Part shown: positions 37,303 to 46,426 of the stretch, piece by piece
How the letters are laid out: each line of letters begins with the position of its first letter
Numbering within the stretch: position 1 is the stretch's first letter
IMG/VR virus record: IMGVR_UViG_3300036770_007547
Span: 1-64,000 of that record
Length of the DNA: 64,000 nt
Direction: 5' to 3' (one strand)
The notes under the pieces: generated by a model
What the model saw: only the letters and a program-made list of their open reading frames with translations
What the model was told of the DNA's origin: nothing
The model's database searches: none
Made by a program: the position numbers and the translations under genes

Positions 37303-39612
37303 TCAAATCACACAGCTTTCACACTGTTCTTGGGCCTGGAGATCGGTGCTTTGGCTCTCCATTAGAGTCTGCTTGTTGGAGAGTCGATCCAGGTCAATCT
37401 CGCCCGAACCATCATAGGTGTTGAAATAGTACAGTTGCTTGATGCCCCATTTGTAACACAGAACCAAATGCTTGACCATTTCGCTCATGGGAATCTTTTC
37501 ATCTTCATAGTGTTGGGGATTGTAAGAAGTGTTCACAGATATGCCTTGATCCACGTACTTCTGCAGTATGGCCATGATCTTGAGGTAGCCTTCGGGGCTG
37601 GTCTGATCCCACAGCAGCTCGTATTTGTTTTTGAGGCGGCGATATTCGGGCACCACTTGTTTGAGCACTCCGTCCTTGCTTTGCTTGACGCTGACGTAAC
37701 TCCTGGGAGGTTCTACACCGTTGGTGGCATTGGATATCTGTGCCGATGTTTCTGCCGGCATCAAGGCCATCAGTGTGCTGTTTCGGATGCCGTGTTCGCG
37801 CAGGCTGTGTCGCAGAGATTCCCAGTCCACGGCATCACGATGCGGCAGCAGTTCGTCCACGTCTCGTTTGTAAGTGTCCACCGGCAACACACCCGAGTGA
37901 TATCGAGTTTCGTGGCTGCGAGGACAAGCACCCAATTCGCGGGCCAAATCTGCGGATGCCTTGATGAGATAATAACTCCAGTGTTGTGCCCATCGATCTA
38001 TCAAGGCAAGATCGGGCTCACTGTAGGTCATGTCATTCTTGGCCATCCAGTAAGCGAGATTGATGATGCCCACGCCCAGGGGTCTGCGTCCTTCGGTGGC
38101 CAGCTGAGCGGCCAAGATGGGATAGTTCTGATAACTCAATAGAGCATCAAGTCCACGCACGGCCAAAGTACAAGCACGTTCCATGTCTTCAGGGTCGCGA
38201 AACACACCCCAGTTGATGGCGCTCAACGTACACAACGCGATCTCACCTTCGGGGTCGTTGACATCGGACAAGGGACGAGTCGGCAAATCAATCTCACAAC
38301 AGAGATTGCTCATTTTGATGGGAGCCACTTCGGGACGGAAGCTACCATGTGTGTTGGCATGATCCACGTTCATGAGATACACACGTCCAGTGTCCTTGCG
38401 TTCTTGCATGAAGCGTGTGAACAGGTCCAGTGCCTTGATCTTCTTCTTGCGAAGTCGAGTGTTCTTTTCCGCGGCTTCGTAGAGTTCACGGAAACGATCC
38501 ACATCAGTGAAAAATGCTTCGTACATTTCGGGAACGTCGTGTGGCGAGAACAGCGTGATGTCACCGTTGGTGAGCAGGCGCTCGTACATGACTTTGTTGA
38601 ATTGTACGCCATAGTCCATATGGCGTACTCGGTTGTCTTCGGTGCCTTTGTTGTTTTTCAATACCAGGAGATCTTCTACTTCATAGTGCCACAACGGATA
38701 ATAAAGAGTGGCAGCACCATTGCGCACACCGCCTTGGCTGCACGAGCGGGTAGCTGCCTGGAAAAGTTTGTAAAATGGTATGACACCGGTGTGATAGGCA
38801 TCGCCGTTACGGATGGGCGATCCAAGAGCACGAATCCGGCCTGCGCCTATTCCAATGCCTGCCTTCTGGCTCACGTATTTTACTATCGAACTTGCAGTGG
38901 CATTGATGGAGTCCAGGCTGTCATCGGCCTCGATCAGAACACAACTGCTGAATTGTCGTATGGGCGTGCGCACACCAGCCATAACAGGAGTGGGCAGAGA
39001 TATCTGATGCTGACTGATGGCATCATAGTAATCTTTGATCCACATCATGCGGCTCTCTCGAGCATAATGGCTGAACAAAGTGGCGGCGATAAGCACATAA
39101 GCCACTTGTGGCGTCTCCATGATTTCTCGGGTCACGCGATTTTGCACCAGATATTTGCCACGGAACTGTTCCATGGCAGCATAGGTGAGGTGCTCGTCAC
39201 GTTCGTGTCGTATGAATGAGTTGATGCGATCCCACTCTTCCTGTGAATACGAAGACAAGAGATCGGCATCATAGAAACCACTGGCCACGTTGCGCTTGAC
39301 AAGATCTATGATGTGGCAGGGTTCAAACTGACCGTACACTTGTTTGCGGAGATGATAACAGATCAACCTACCAGCCACGTACTGATAGTTGGGCGAGTCC
39401 TCGCTGATGAGATCGGCCGCACTCTTGATCAGGGTTTCCTGGATGTCTTTTGTGGGGATGCCATTGTAAAACTGCAGGTGGCTTTTGATTTCTACTTCGC
39501 TTGCGCTGACGCCGGTTATGTTTTCTGTGGCCCAAAACACGACTCGGTGCATTTTTTCTAGGTCCAACGGTTCTCTACTACCATCGCGTTTTTGTACTTG
39601 AATCTGTGACAT
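37303..39612 (-). CDS. nrdA: ribonucleotide reductase class Ia alpha subunit
   Basis: ATP cone, QFSSC, SNLCCEI, LYY, C-terminal CESC. Confidence 0.98.
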   Translation of the reverse strand: MSQIQVQKRDGSREPLDLEKMHRVVFWATENITGVSASEVEIKSHLQFYNGIPTKDIQETLIKSAADLISEDSPNYQYVAGRLICYHLRKQVYGQFEPCHIIDLVKRNVASGFYDADLLSSYSQEEWDRINSFIRHERDEHLTYAAMEQFRGKYLVQNRVTREIMETPQVAYVLIAATLFSHYARESRMMWIKDYYDAISQHQISLPTPVMAGVRTPIRQFSSCVLIEADDSLDSINATASSIVKYVSQKAGIGIGAGRIRALGSPIRNGDAYHTGVIPFYKLFQAATRSCSQGGVRNGAATLYYPLWHYEVEDLLVLKNNKGTEDNRVRHMDYGVQFNKVMYERLLTNGDITLFSPHDVPEMYEAFFTDVDRFRELYEAAEKNTRLRKKKIKALDLFTRFMQERKDTGRVYLMNVDHANTHGSFRPEVAPIKMSNLCCEIDLPTRPLSDVNDPEGEIALCTLSAINWGVFRDPEDMERACTLAVRGLDALLSYQNYPILAAQLATEGRRPLGVGIINLAYWMAKNDMTYSEPDLALIDRWAQHWSYYLIKASADLARELGACPRSHETRYHSGVLPVDTYKRDVDELLPHRDAVDWESLRHSLREHGIRNSTLMALMPAETSAQISNATNGVEPPRSYVSVKQSKDGVLKQVVPEYRRLKNKYELLWDQTSPEGYLKIMAILQKYVDQGISVNTSYNPQHYEDEKIPMSEMVKHLVLCYKWGIKQLYYFNTYDGSGEIDLDRLSNKQTLMESQSTDLQAQEQCESCVI

Positions 39613-39616
39613 TTTT

Positions 39617-40045
39617 TTATCCTAACAAATGGCGAACGACTTCGCTGCTGATTTTCTTACCGGGTTTGTTTTCTAGTGATTGGATATTTAACAACTGCCT
39701 GGGACACCAATTCAGTATATATTTTCCTTGGTTCACCAGGACTAAATTGCTGTCATTGCATTGAGCCAATTCGATATCGCTTATGTCGGGCCGTTCTAAC
39801 ATGATTACAGTATACATGATGCCCACGCCGCGAGCAAGATCACAATACATGTCATCGGCCAGAAGATCCCAGGGACCAGGCCAATCCCGATGATCGTCCC
39901 AGTGTAGATAGTGATTGACCATGGGAGCCTGCCACCACCAATCGTTGATGGCCAACAGCGATCTTTCCAGATCGCCGTCATGACATGACTGCCTTAGGGC
40001 ATACCACTCCTTGAGGCGCTCTTCGAATCGATTATTCCACATCAA
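39617..40045 (-). CDS. hypothetical phage protein
   Basis: 142-aa ORF; WPGPWDLL...YC motif. Confidence 0.7.
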   Translation of the reverse strand: MMWNNRFEERLKEWYALRQSCHDGDLERSLLAINDWWWQAPMVNHYLHWDDHRDWPGPWDLLADDMYCDLARGVGIMYTVIMLERPDISDIELAQCNDSNLVLVNQGKYILNWCPRQLLNIQSLENKPGKKISSEVVRHLLG

Positions 40046-41634
40046 TCGAGATTGGATATAGAATAGCTGATAGAGGCAGAAACACCAGTGGCTGTGGTGG
40101 TGTAATCAACTGTGAGTTGATTGCTGACTTGTGTGACGCTGAGGGCCACACCGATATCGGCGTTTTGTGTATATTCATCACTCCAAGTCAAAGGTGCTGA
40201 GCTGTCATCGGGTCCGGCCGTGATTGACAGTTTACCGTAACGCACATCGGTGCCGCGTCGGATACGATAATTGATTTCCAGGCTCTGTATCTCTTCGCTG
40301 TTGAGCTCGATGACCGGAGTCGCTGTGAACGTGGCATTTTCCAAGATGGCAGATATGCCTGCGGTTCGTTGATAACTGCCCATCTGTTGCAAGGTGCTGC
40401 CAACAAATGTTTCACCGGTGGTGACTCGTATATTGGGGATGAGTCGAGCATTGGCCGGCGATCGAGCGAACATGTCATTGATACTGACACTGGATTCATT
40501 GGTGAAAGATATGGCTGGAAAGGTGGGAGCTGTGGATCCCACACTGTTGCCCACGTTGTAAAAAGTGTTGTAGGCCGAAATGTTCAAGCTCACGTTCTGG
40601 AAGATCAAGGCCTCGGCGAAGATGATGTCAAACATGTTGTGCAACACGCGGAATCCCGTGGGACCTTCTCCGCCTTCGGCGTTGGCCTCGAGGTACACGG
40701 CCTGATACAGCGTGCTGAATCTGCTGTCGTTGACAGTGACACCGCGTATGTTTTGATCGGTCTTCATGGCGTAGGTACAATTGGTGAACGAGCACTGGGA
40801 AAAGTTTACCTGTATCACTGGCGTGGCGTAGCTGCTGAAACGCACGCATGCCACATCGTCGGGCACTTCGCTGCCCGAGTCTTCCAGCGCCAGCTGTGTG
40901 AGATTGCCCACAAAGCCCACTTGATTGAACTGGCACTGCGTGGCCGATTCAATCAGGAACACATCAGTGGCTCCCTGGCTTTCAAAACTCATGCCCGATA
41001 TCTCGATGTAGCGTGGTGCTGTGGCACCGTTGGTGCCCACGTTGATACCGCTTTGCTGTTTGCTGTCTACATATCGAGCCGTGTAAGCGGCATAGGTGTC
41101 GTCGCCGCGTTTTTGCAGCTGGATGATGGTACAGTTGGCACCTTCGCCCACCAACTTGGCATAGGTGGGTATGTTGATGGTGTCAGTGACTCGATAGGTA
41201 CCGGCTGGAAAATATAGGGTACGGCGTATCTGTGTGTTGGTTTCACGACAGTAGAGTTGGAACAAGGCACGATTGATGGCCGCAGTGTCGTCGGTGAGAC
41301 CATCTCCGGTGGCACCAAAGTCACGCACTGATGCGAAATCATCCAATTTGGCTTGCACTGTACGCACCACTGGATCACTGGCACTGGGACCGGTCTGGGC
41401 TGAATAGCCCACAGTGATGTCTTCATAGGTGTAAAAACTGTAGGCCGTGATATCACTGAATTCGGTGAGGATTTCGGTGTTACCGATCACCGGTGCGCCC
41501 TCGTCCAGGGTTCCGTTACCTATAAACAGTCGGCGACTGTCCAGACACCACCCAAACTCGCCGCCCGAAAGCTGCGGCAAATTTTCAGTGAGTCCTTTGC
41601 GATTGGTGATCCGCGATATCTGTACTATAGCCAC
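40042..41634 (-). CDS. tail fibre/tailspike-like protein with beta-helix domain
   Basis: Mtd_N-like LPQLSGGEFGWCLDSRRLFIGNG; pectate-lyase-3-like SVRDFGATGDGLTDDTAAI, YFPAGTY. Confidence 0.8.
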   Translation of the reverse strand: MAIVQISRITNRKGLTENLPQLSGGEFGWCLDSRRLFIGNGTLDEGAPVIGNTEILTEFSDITAYSFYTYEDITVGYSAQTGPSASDPVVRTVQAKLDDFASVRDFGATGDGLTDDTAAINRALFQLYCRETNTQIRRTLYFPAGTYRVTDTINIPTYAKLVGEGANCTIIQLQKRGDDTYAAYTARYVDSKQQSGINVGTNGATAPRYIEISGMSFESQGATDVFLIESATQCQFNQVGFVGNLTQLALEDSGSEVPDDVACVRFSSYATPVIQVNFSQCSFTNCTYAMKTDQNIRGVTVNDSRFSTLYQAVYLEANAEGGEGPTGFRVLHNMFDIIFAEALIFQNVSLNISAYNTFYNVGNSVGSTAPTFPAISFTNESSVSINDMFARSPANARLIPNIRVTTGETFVGSTLQQMGSYQRTAGISAILENATFTATPVIELNSEEIQSLEINYRIRRGTDVRYGKLSITAGPDDSSAPLTWSDEYTQNADIGVALSVTQVSNQLTVDYTTTATGVSASISYSISNLD

Positions 41635-41661
41635 TTGATGGTTCCTCGTCTGACTGGGTAT

Positions 41662-42378
41662 TTAGCCCTGCTGGAGGTAGTACTTTTCAACCCTTTGCCA
41701 CCAAAGCTGCCGGTACATTTCAAACGCACTGCCTTCCAGCACGAATTCTTGATATTCGGGGGGTTTGATGATGTTGAACTGATCATCAACATCGGGTCGC
41801 ACACACATCAAGATCACGCCCTTGCGTATGTCGGTTCCGTGTATTTCATTGTGCGCCTCGGCATAGGCACAGAGCTGTAAAAAGTAGTCCTCGATCCACT
41901 CGCGCTTTTTGGGCTTGTTGGTTTGCTTGTAGTCCAAGATCGCAGCCGAACCTTGGTGCAGGCCCGCGCCATCGGTGGTACCGGCATAGATGCCGGGAAA
42001 ATACAGGGGCACTTCCACACCCCAAAATTCGGTCACTTGTTGTAGACCTTGTTCGATGATGACATCGGCCATGGCATGACTGGCCCAGGCAAAAGGATTC
42101 GAGGGACGTTCTTTTTTGGTTCCTGATCGAACATAGTGTTCGAGGTAAGTGTGCATGCGTGTTCCGCGATTAGCAGCTTCGGTAGTGATCTTTTGGGCTT
42201 GTTCATGTCCAACTCTTCGTTTCCATTCGTTGAGTGCTTGTCGGCTTTCTTCGGATTTGGTGGCATCTAGGATGGTGGTCACAGATGGCAATTTCTCACC
42301 ACCGGGTGTGACATACAAGCGACGACCATCCACGGTCTCGCGCGGTATTGGATGATACTTGAATTTTTCTACTAGCAA
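41662..42378 (-). CDS. PD-(D/E)XK exonuclease (start approximate)
   Basis: LPSVTTIL, RGTRMH, YAGTTD, DYK, QLCAYA. Confidence 0.88.
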   Translation of the reverse strand: MLVEKFKYHPIPRETVDGRRLYVTPGGEKLPSVTTILDATKSEESRQALNEWKRRVGHEQAQKITTEAANRGTRMHTYLEHYVRSGTKKERPSNPFAWASHAMADVIIEQGLQQVTEFWGVEVPLYFPGIYAGTTDGAGLHQGSAAILDYKQTNKPKKREWIEDYFLQLCAYAEAHNEIHGTDIRKGVILMCVRPDVDDQFNIIKPPEYQEFVLEGSAFEMYRQLWWQRVEKYYLQQG

Positions 42379-42379
42379 A

Positions 42380-42709
42380 TTAGACCCGGAAACTTTCTCC
42401 GCAACCACATCGGTCGCGTTCGTTGGGGTTGATGAATTCGAAGCCCTCGTTGAGGCCTCGGCGTTGATAGTCGATGGTCATCCCATCAACATAAGACAAG
42501 TGTTCGGGATTGACATAAACCCTCACGCCCTTGTCGTCAAAATGCGCCACACAGTGTTGCAGCCCTTGTTCTTGGTCCACATACTCTAGAGCATAGGCCA
42601 GTCCCGAGCACCCGGTGGTGCGCACTCCTACCTTGATGCCAAGACCACGACCTCGTCGTTGTATGGCTTCTTGTATTTTTCTAGCAGCTAGATCAGTTAC
42701 TGAGATCAT
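42380..42709 (-). CDS. iscA: A-type Fe-S carrier protein
   Basis: TTGCSGLAY, NPN, CGCGESF. Confidence 0.95.
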   Translation of the reverse strand: MISVTDLAARKIQEAIQRRGRGLGIKVGVRTTGCSGLAYALEYVDQEQGLQHCVAHFDDKGVRVYVNPEHLSYVDGMTIDYQRRGLNEGFEFINPNERDRCGCGESFRV

Positions 42710-43079
42710 GTTTCTTGCGATAGTCTTCGATGGCGGCTTTGATGGCATCTTCGGCCAGGATCGAACAGTGTATCTTCACTGGCGGGAGAGCCAGTTCCTG
42801 AGCGATGTCGGTATTCTTGAGTTGGCCAGCTTCTTCGAGAGTACGGCCTTTGACCCATTCAGTAACCAGCGAACTACTAGCGATCGCACTGCCGCAACCA
42901 TAAGTTTTGAAACGAGCGTCGGTAATAACACCATCTTCCACCTTGATCTGTAGCTTCATGACATCTCCGCAGGCCGGGGCGCCCACCATGCCGGTGCCCA
43001 CGGCAGGATCGGCTTTGTCAAGGCTACCTACATTTCGGGGATTTTCATAATGATCTAAGACTTTTTGTGAGTAAGCCAT
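42693..43079 (-). CDS. iscU: Fe-S scaffold protein
   Basis: MAYSQKVLDHYENPRNVG, PACGD, YGCG, LPPVKIHCS. Confidence 0.97.
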   Translation of the reverse strand: MAYSQKVLDHYENPRNVGSLDKADPAVGTGMVGAPACGDVMKLQIKVEDGVITDARFKTYGCGSAIASSSLVTEWVKGRTLEEAGQLKNTDIAQELALPPVKIHCSILAEDAIKAAIEDYRKKHDLSN

Positions 43080-43339
43080 ATCTTTTTTGCCTCCACGAAG
43101 ATGGGAATCAATATCAAGGCCATCAAACATCCCAGTAAAGCACCCCAGGCAAAACTCTGACTCACAGCCCAACCCCCCATCCAGTCACTGACACCATTTG
43201 CGATACCGGCACCAAACACAGTACCGACACCACGGTGGAAATAGGCGGGCAAATATTTTTCGATGCCGAGGCCAAACAAAGCGCCCAGTATCATGACACC
43301 ATTGTCGATGATACCAAATATGATTCCTTCTATCAGCAT
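43055..43339 (-). CDS. small membrane protein, TMEM65/VIT1-CCC1-like
   Basis: FGIIDNGVM and ANGVSD in hydrophobic helices. Confidence 0.55.
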   Translation of the reverse strand: MLIEGIIFGIIDNGVMILGALFGLGIEKYLPAYFHRGVGTVFGAGIANGVSDWMGGWAVSQSFAWGALLGCLMALILIPIFVEAKKIWLTHKKS

Positions 43340-43340
43340 T

Positions 43341-43457
43341 TTATGATTTTTTAGCGAACATGTCTACGATTTTGGCCTGCACGATCTTGGCCCAAAACGG
43401 TTGCGGGAAGTTCCAACCCACAAATGCACCCACGGCTACCCAGAACAAAGTTTCCAT
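43341..43457 (-). CDS. 38-aa membrane peptide
   Basis: Manual ORF METLFWVAVGAFVGWNFPQPFWAK...; AAGGAG RBS. Confidence 0.7.
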   Translation of the reverse strand: METLFWVAVGAFVGWNFPQPFWAKIVQAKIVDMFAKKS

Positions 43458-43469
43458 GTCAAGCTCCTT

Positions 43470-43832
43470 TTAAATATTGGGTTTCTTCAGCCCTTGTTGT
43501 GCAGCACGCTTGGCCATGCTGTCCACGGTGTTGCGGGCTTGATCCACGGACATCTGCGCCGATCCTTCGTCGTCGCTGCCCTTGAACAACACTTTGCCAG
43601 TGACAGCATCGCCTTCTACGTTGGCTATCACATTCTTCAATGGCAACTGTTGGCTGAGATCCTTGAGTTGATCGACTGTGAGAGATATGCCCATGTTGCT
43701 GGCCAAGTTTAAAAAACTACCAGTGCTGATGCTCATGGCAGCATCGGTGTCCGCGGCACGGCCTATCAGAAATTGGCTCAGCGCGAGCAATCGGGCCGCA
43801 TTTGGATCTGTGGCCAGCTCGTTGATCATCAT
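43470..43832 (-). CDS. hypothetical late protein
   Basis: N-terminal INE motif; in late cluster. Confidence 0.7.
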   Translation of the reverse strand: MMINELATDPNAARLLALSQFLIGRAADTDAAMSISTGSFLNLASNMGISLTVDQLKDLSQQLPLKNVIANVEGDAVTGKVLFKGSDDEGSAQMSVDQARNTVDSMAKRAAQQGLKKPNI

Positions 43833-43835
43833 GGC

Positions 43836-44678
43836 TTAGCGCCTTTCGCGGCCCAGTGTTTCTTCGCCGCCTTCGGTGTCTTCTTCGTCGTCGGTTGCAA
43901 GATTGGCATCGAGATCGAGATCCGCGCCAAGGTCATCGGCTGCAGGTCCAGCATCGAGATCGGCTCCTAGATCATCTCCATCGGCTGCAGGTTCGGCGCC
44001 GGGTACCACAGGTGCTTGACCAGTCAATACTCCCTGGGCCGATTCCATTTCAGTTTTTCCGCTCTGCACAGCCTGCAGCAGATTGGTGAGTGCAGCCGAT
44101 GCCGAACTCTGGAACTGAGTGGCTTGATCAGCGCCCATGTCATTCTTGATGGAGTCTGACAGCGCAGGAAGATCTTTGAACTGCATCTCTGAAATTTCTT
44201 CCATCATCTTCTGTATGCGATCGATCATGTCTTGTGCGGCCAGCACCACTTGTGCTTGTTGCAGCTCGCTCTCTTTGACCATGCGCTTCATTTTGCGGCC
44301 CTCTTTCTTCATGAGAGCTATAGCGGTCATGGTTTTTTGCTCATCGGGATTGAGATTCTGTCCCTTTTCGGCCTTTTGCATGATCTGCTTGGTCTTGGGA
44401 TCATTGACATCTATGGCCATGGGAGCATCAAGCTCGTCGATGCGTGCCGACAGCGCCTGTTCCATGATCATCAACTGTAGATAAGCAGGATTCTTTTCGC
44501 TGACATGGAATCTAGGATCTCTGCGATGCTCGGACAAGAGTCCGCGCACGCGATTCAGCATGCCTGCGGCACGACGCGGTCCCACGTTAGAAAGATCAAT
44601 CTCTCGTCCGGATTGACTTTCTAGAATTTTGGTAAATTGTTCGGTTTGGCGCTGGGCGCCGAGTTCGTGCAATTTCAT
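43836..44678 (-). CDS. prohead core/scaffold-like helical acidic protein
   Basis: LHE and VKE motifs; acidic tail ending LGRERR. Confidence 0.6.
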   Translation of the reverse strand: MKLHELGAQRQTEQFTKILESQSGREIDLSNVGPRRAAGMLNRVRGLLSEHRRDPRFHVSEKNPAYLQLMIMEQALSARIDELDAPMAIDVNDPKTKQIMQKAEKGQNLNPDEQKTMTAIALMKKEGRKMKRMVKESELQQAQVVLAAQDMIDRIQKMMEEISEMQFKDLPALSDSIKNDMGADQATQFQSSASAALTNLLQAVQSGKTEMESAQGVLTGQAPVVPGAEPAADGDDLGADLDAGPAADDLGADLDLDANLATDDEEDTEGGEETLGRERR

Positions 44679-45135
44679 CGTTGAATCCTTTTATTTGCCA
44701 GTATTTAGCACGCCACACACATTTTTCCAGCTGTGTTTTGATGTGCTTGAGCTTGATACGCCGATCCTCTAGTTTGCTGAGCACTGTGAGACGGCGTTGT
44801 CGGTCCTTGAATCCCGGTAACATGCTGGTGCGTGTCTGTATGTCACAATCCATCCTACCGTATTCCTGGTCCAAGAATTTTATTTCCTGTGACAGTTTGA
44901 ATTGTCCGTATTTCTCAGCGATGCAATAGCTGACCGCTGATCTTGACGAGTAAAATCTACCCTGCAAAACATCGGCCTTGAACACCGATATCATGCCGTC
45001 ATCGCGCTTGAGCGACCATTTTCCAAACAGTTCAAATCCATCTTCGGTGGCCAAGATCATGTTTTCCACCGCCAAGTCAAGCTCGGGCGACAGCACACGT
45101 TCTAATTTTTTTGCGAGCTCGGCGTCTTGCATCAT
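44596..45135 (-). CDS. hypothetical protein
   Basis: ATGA-coupled 179-aa ORF. Confidence 0.7.
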   Translation of the reverse strand: MMQDAELAKKLERVLSPELDLAVENMILATEDGFELFGKWSLKRDDGMISVFKADVLQGRFYSSRSAVSYCIAEKYGQFKLSQEIKFLDQEYGRMDCDIQTRTSMLPGFKDRQRRLTVLSKLEDRRIKLKHIKTQLEKCVWRAKYWQIKGFNDEIARTRRPAPNRTIYQNSRKSIRTRD

Positions 45136-45395
45136 TTCACCACAAAGGTGGCCAATAGATATCCAATCACTGCCACCAAAGCCACTAGTATAGAACCTCC
45201 CCAGGTCAAAAGCTGATCTTGCCTTTTGCTGGACATGGTTTCTACCTTGTCATGCACTTCGCGGATCACTGTGGCGGTTTGATCTATCTTGGAGTCCATG
45301 GTTTCCAGCTTGTTTTCCAAGAATCGATAGCGTTCGGCACACAGCTCCACGTGCGCTTCCAAACTCTTTTTTTCGATATCTGATGTTTCCGACAT
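45132..45395 (-). CDS. coiled-coil protein with C-terminal TM (XhlA/holin-like architecture)
   Basis: LEAHVELCAERY, heptads, terminal hydrophobic helix. Confidence 0.7.
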   Translation of the reverse strand: MSETSDIEKKSLEAHVELCAERYRFLENKLETMDSKIDQTATVIREVHDKVETMSSKRQDQLLTWGGSILVALVAVIGYLLATFVVK

Positions 45396-45419
45396 TGTCT
45401 GGTCCTCTCAACTTGTTAT

Positions 45420-45839
45420 TTAGCTGGTAACAAGTTCGAACACTGTGTTGGCCGATTCCAGCACAGCGATGCGCGAAGGCAATTCTTGAAGTTCGTCGAG
45501 CCCAACGATCATGGGCACGCCTTCGGCATCCTGATGTAGATAGTAGAGTGGTTCGGTGTCATGGCCCAGAGTGGCCAGGTCTGTGACATCAAATTCAAAA
45601 TCCCACCATCCATCGCGATGACAAGGCACAGAGATGTTTTCAGGCAAGCATCTCAGGCTTATGATTTGATTGATGGTGTCCCAGTTGCGCTGTTGATTGC
45701 GAGCACGCTGCCAGGCAGCTTCATCATTGATTTTTTCGCCGGAGCGTGTTGTAAACGGTAGTTGTGCATGCTTGACCGGGCCACGCACTCCAGTCGCCGT
45801 TATATCAAACTGCGTCCGGCATCTCACACGATGCATCAT
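45420..45839 (-). CDS. hypothetical phage protein
   Basis: TQFDITATG, RNQQRNWDT; TAAATA upstream. Confidence 0.75.
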   Translation of the reverse strand: MMHRVRCRTQFDITATGVRGPVKHAQLPFTTRSGEKINDEAAWQRARNQQRNWDTINQIISLRCLPENISVPCHRDGWWDFEFDVTDLATLGHDTEPLYYLHQDAEGVPMIVGLDELQELPSRIAVLESANTVFELVTS

Positions 45840-45857
45840 AGTCGCGTTATTTAACGG

Positions 45858-45888
45858 CAAAGAAAAACCCCGGAATGATTCCGGGGTT
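45858..45888 (-). terminator. intrinsic terminator
   Basis: CCCCGGAA-TCA-TTCCGGGG-TTTTTCTTT. Confidence 0.85.
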
Positions 45889-45908
45889 GTTGGTCACGCT
45901 GGTGACTG

Positions 45909-46373
45909 TTAAGCGAGCTGGAAGCCAGGCTCAGTGACAGTGGTGCCAGAAACATCAACACCGCGCACAGTGCCCGAGCTGTCAGTGATTTGCACGTTGC
46001 CCAGAGCTTGCAGAGCCGACTGCAGAGTTGCAGCGGTCCATGCGTCTTGGGGATACACAGCAACACTGATCTGTCCGGTCGTAGCACCTTCGACTTGATA
46101 CATGGCGATGGTGGCAGTCTCTTGGATAGCCTGATTGATGTTCTTGACAACACCGGGATCAAACACACCAGAGGTGTATGTTCCAAGCTCGGCGCGCAGA
46201 TCGATCGCAGTAGCGCCAGTATCCTTGACCAGCACTTTGAAGAAGTCCAGCTTGGGGCCGGCCATCTGTACCAAAGCGTCGGTAGAACCGATGTTGCCGG
46301 TCTGGCTACCGTTGTTGATGTCCAGTGCAAATACTGGTTGCGAGTCACCGTTAAAGGGATTGAAAACAGCCAT
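45909..46373 (-). CDS. probable abundant virion protein
   Basis: Own TATAAATA promoter, AGGAGA RBS and terminator; G/A/T-rich. Confidence 0.7.
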   Translation of the reverse strand: MAVFNPFNGDSQPVFALDINNGSQTGNIGSTDALVQMAGPKLDFFKVLVKDTGATAIDLRAELGTYTSGVFDPGVVKNINQAIQETATIAMYQVEGATTGQISVAVYPQDAWTAATLQSALQALGNVQITDSSGTVRGVDVSGTTVTEPGFQLA

Positions 46374-46426
46374 TTTATTTCTCCTAGTTTGTGGGCTTTT
46401 GCCCTACACTTATTTATACCTTTGAT

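Noticed and set aside
36159-39612. Introns or inteins in nrdA/nrdB
   Set aside because: Both ORFs are continuous and of normal length.
37435-41217. Long plus-strand ORFs (37435-38142, 38347-39219, 40369-41217) and similar ones elsewhere
   Set aside because: Antisense shadows of well-supported minus-strand genes, with no motifs or RBS.
40042-41634. Diversity-generating retroelement target
   Set aside because: Only the N-terminal Mtd-like motif is present; no reverse transcriptase or TR/VR repeat pair is in the window.
41662-42378. Cas4 / CRISPR-Cas system
   Set aside because: No four-Cys Fe-S motif, no other cas genes and no array; this is an ordinary phage exonuclease.
10202-43079. Bacterial chromosome origin suggested by clpXP, aceA, iscUA, rpsU
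   Set aside because: These genes are scattered among phage-type replication, virion and early genes and lack their usual bacterial operon partners.
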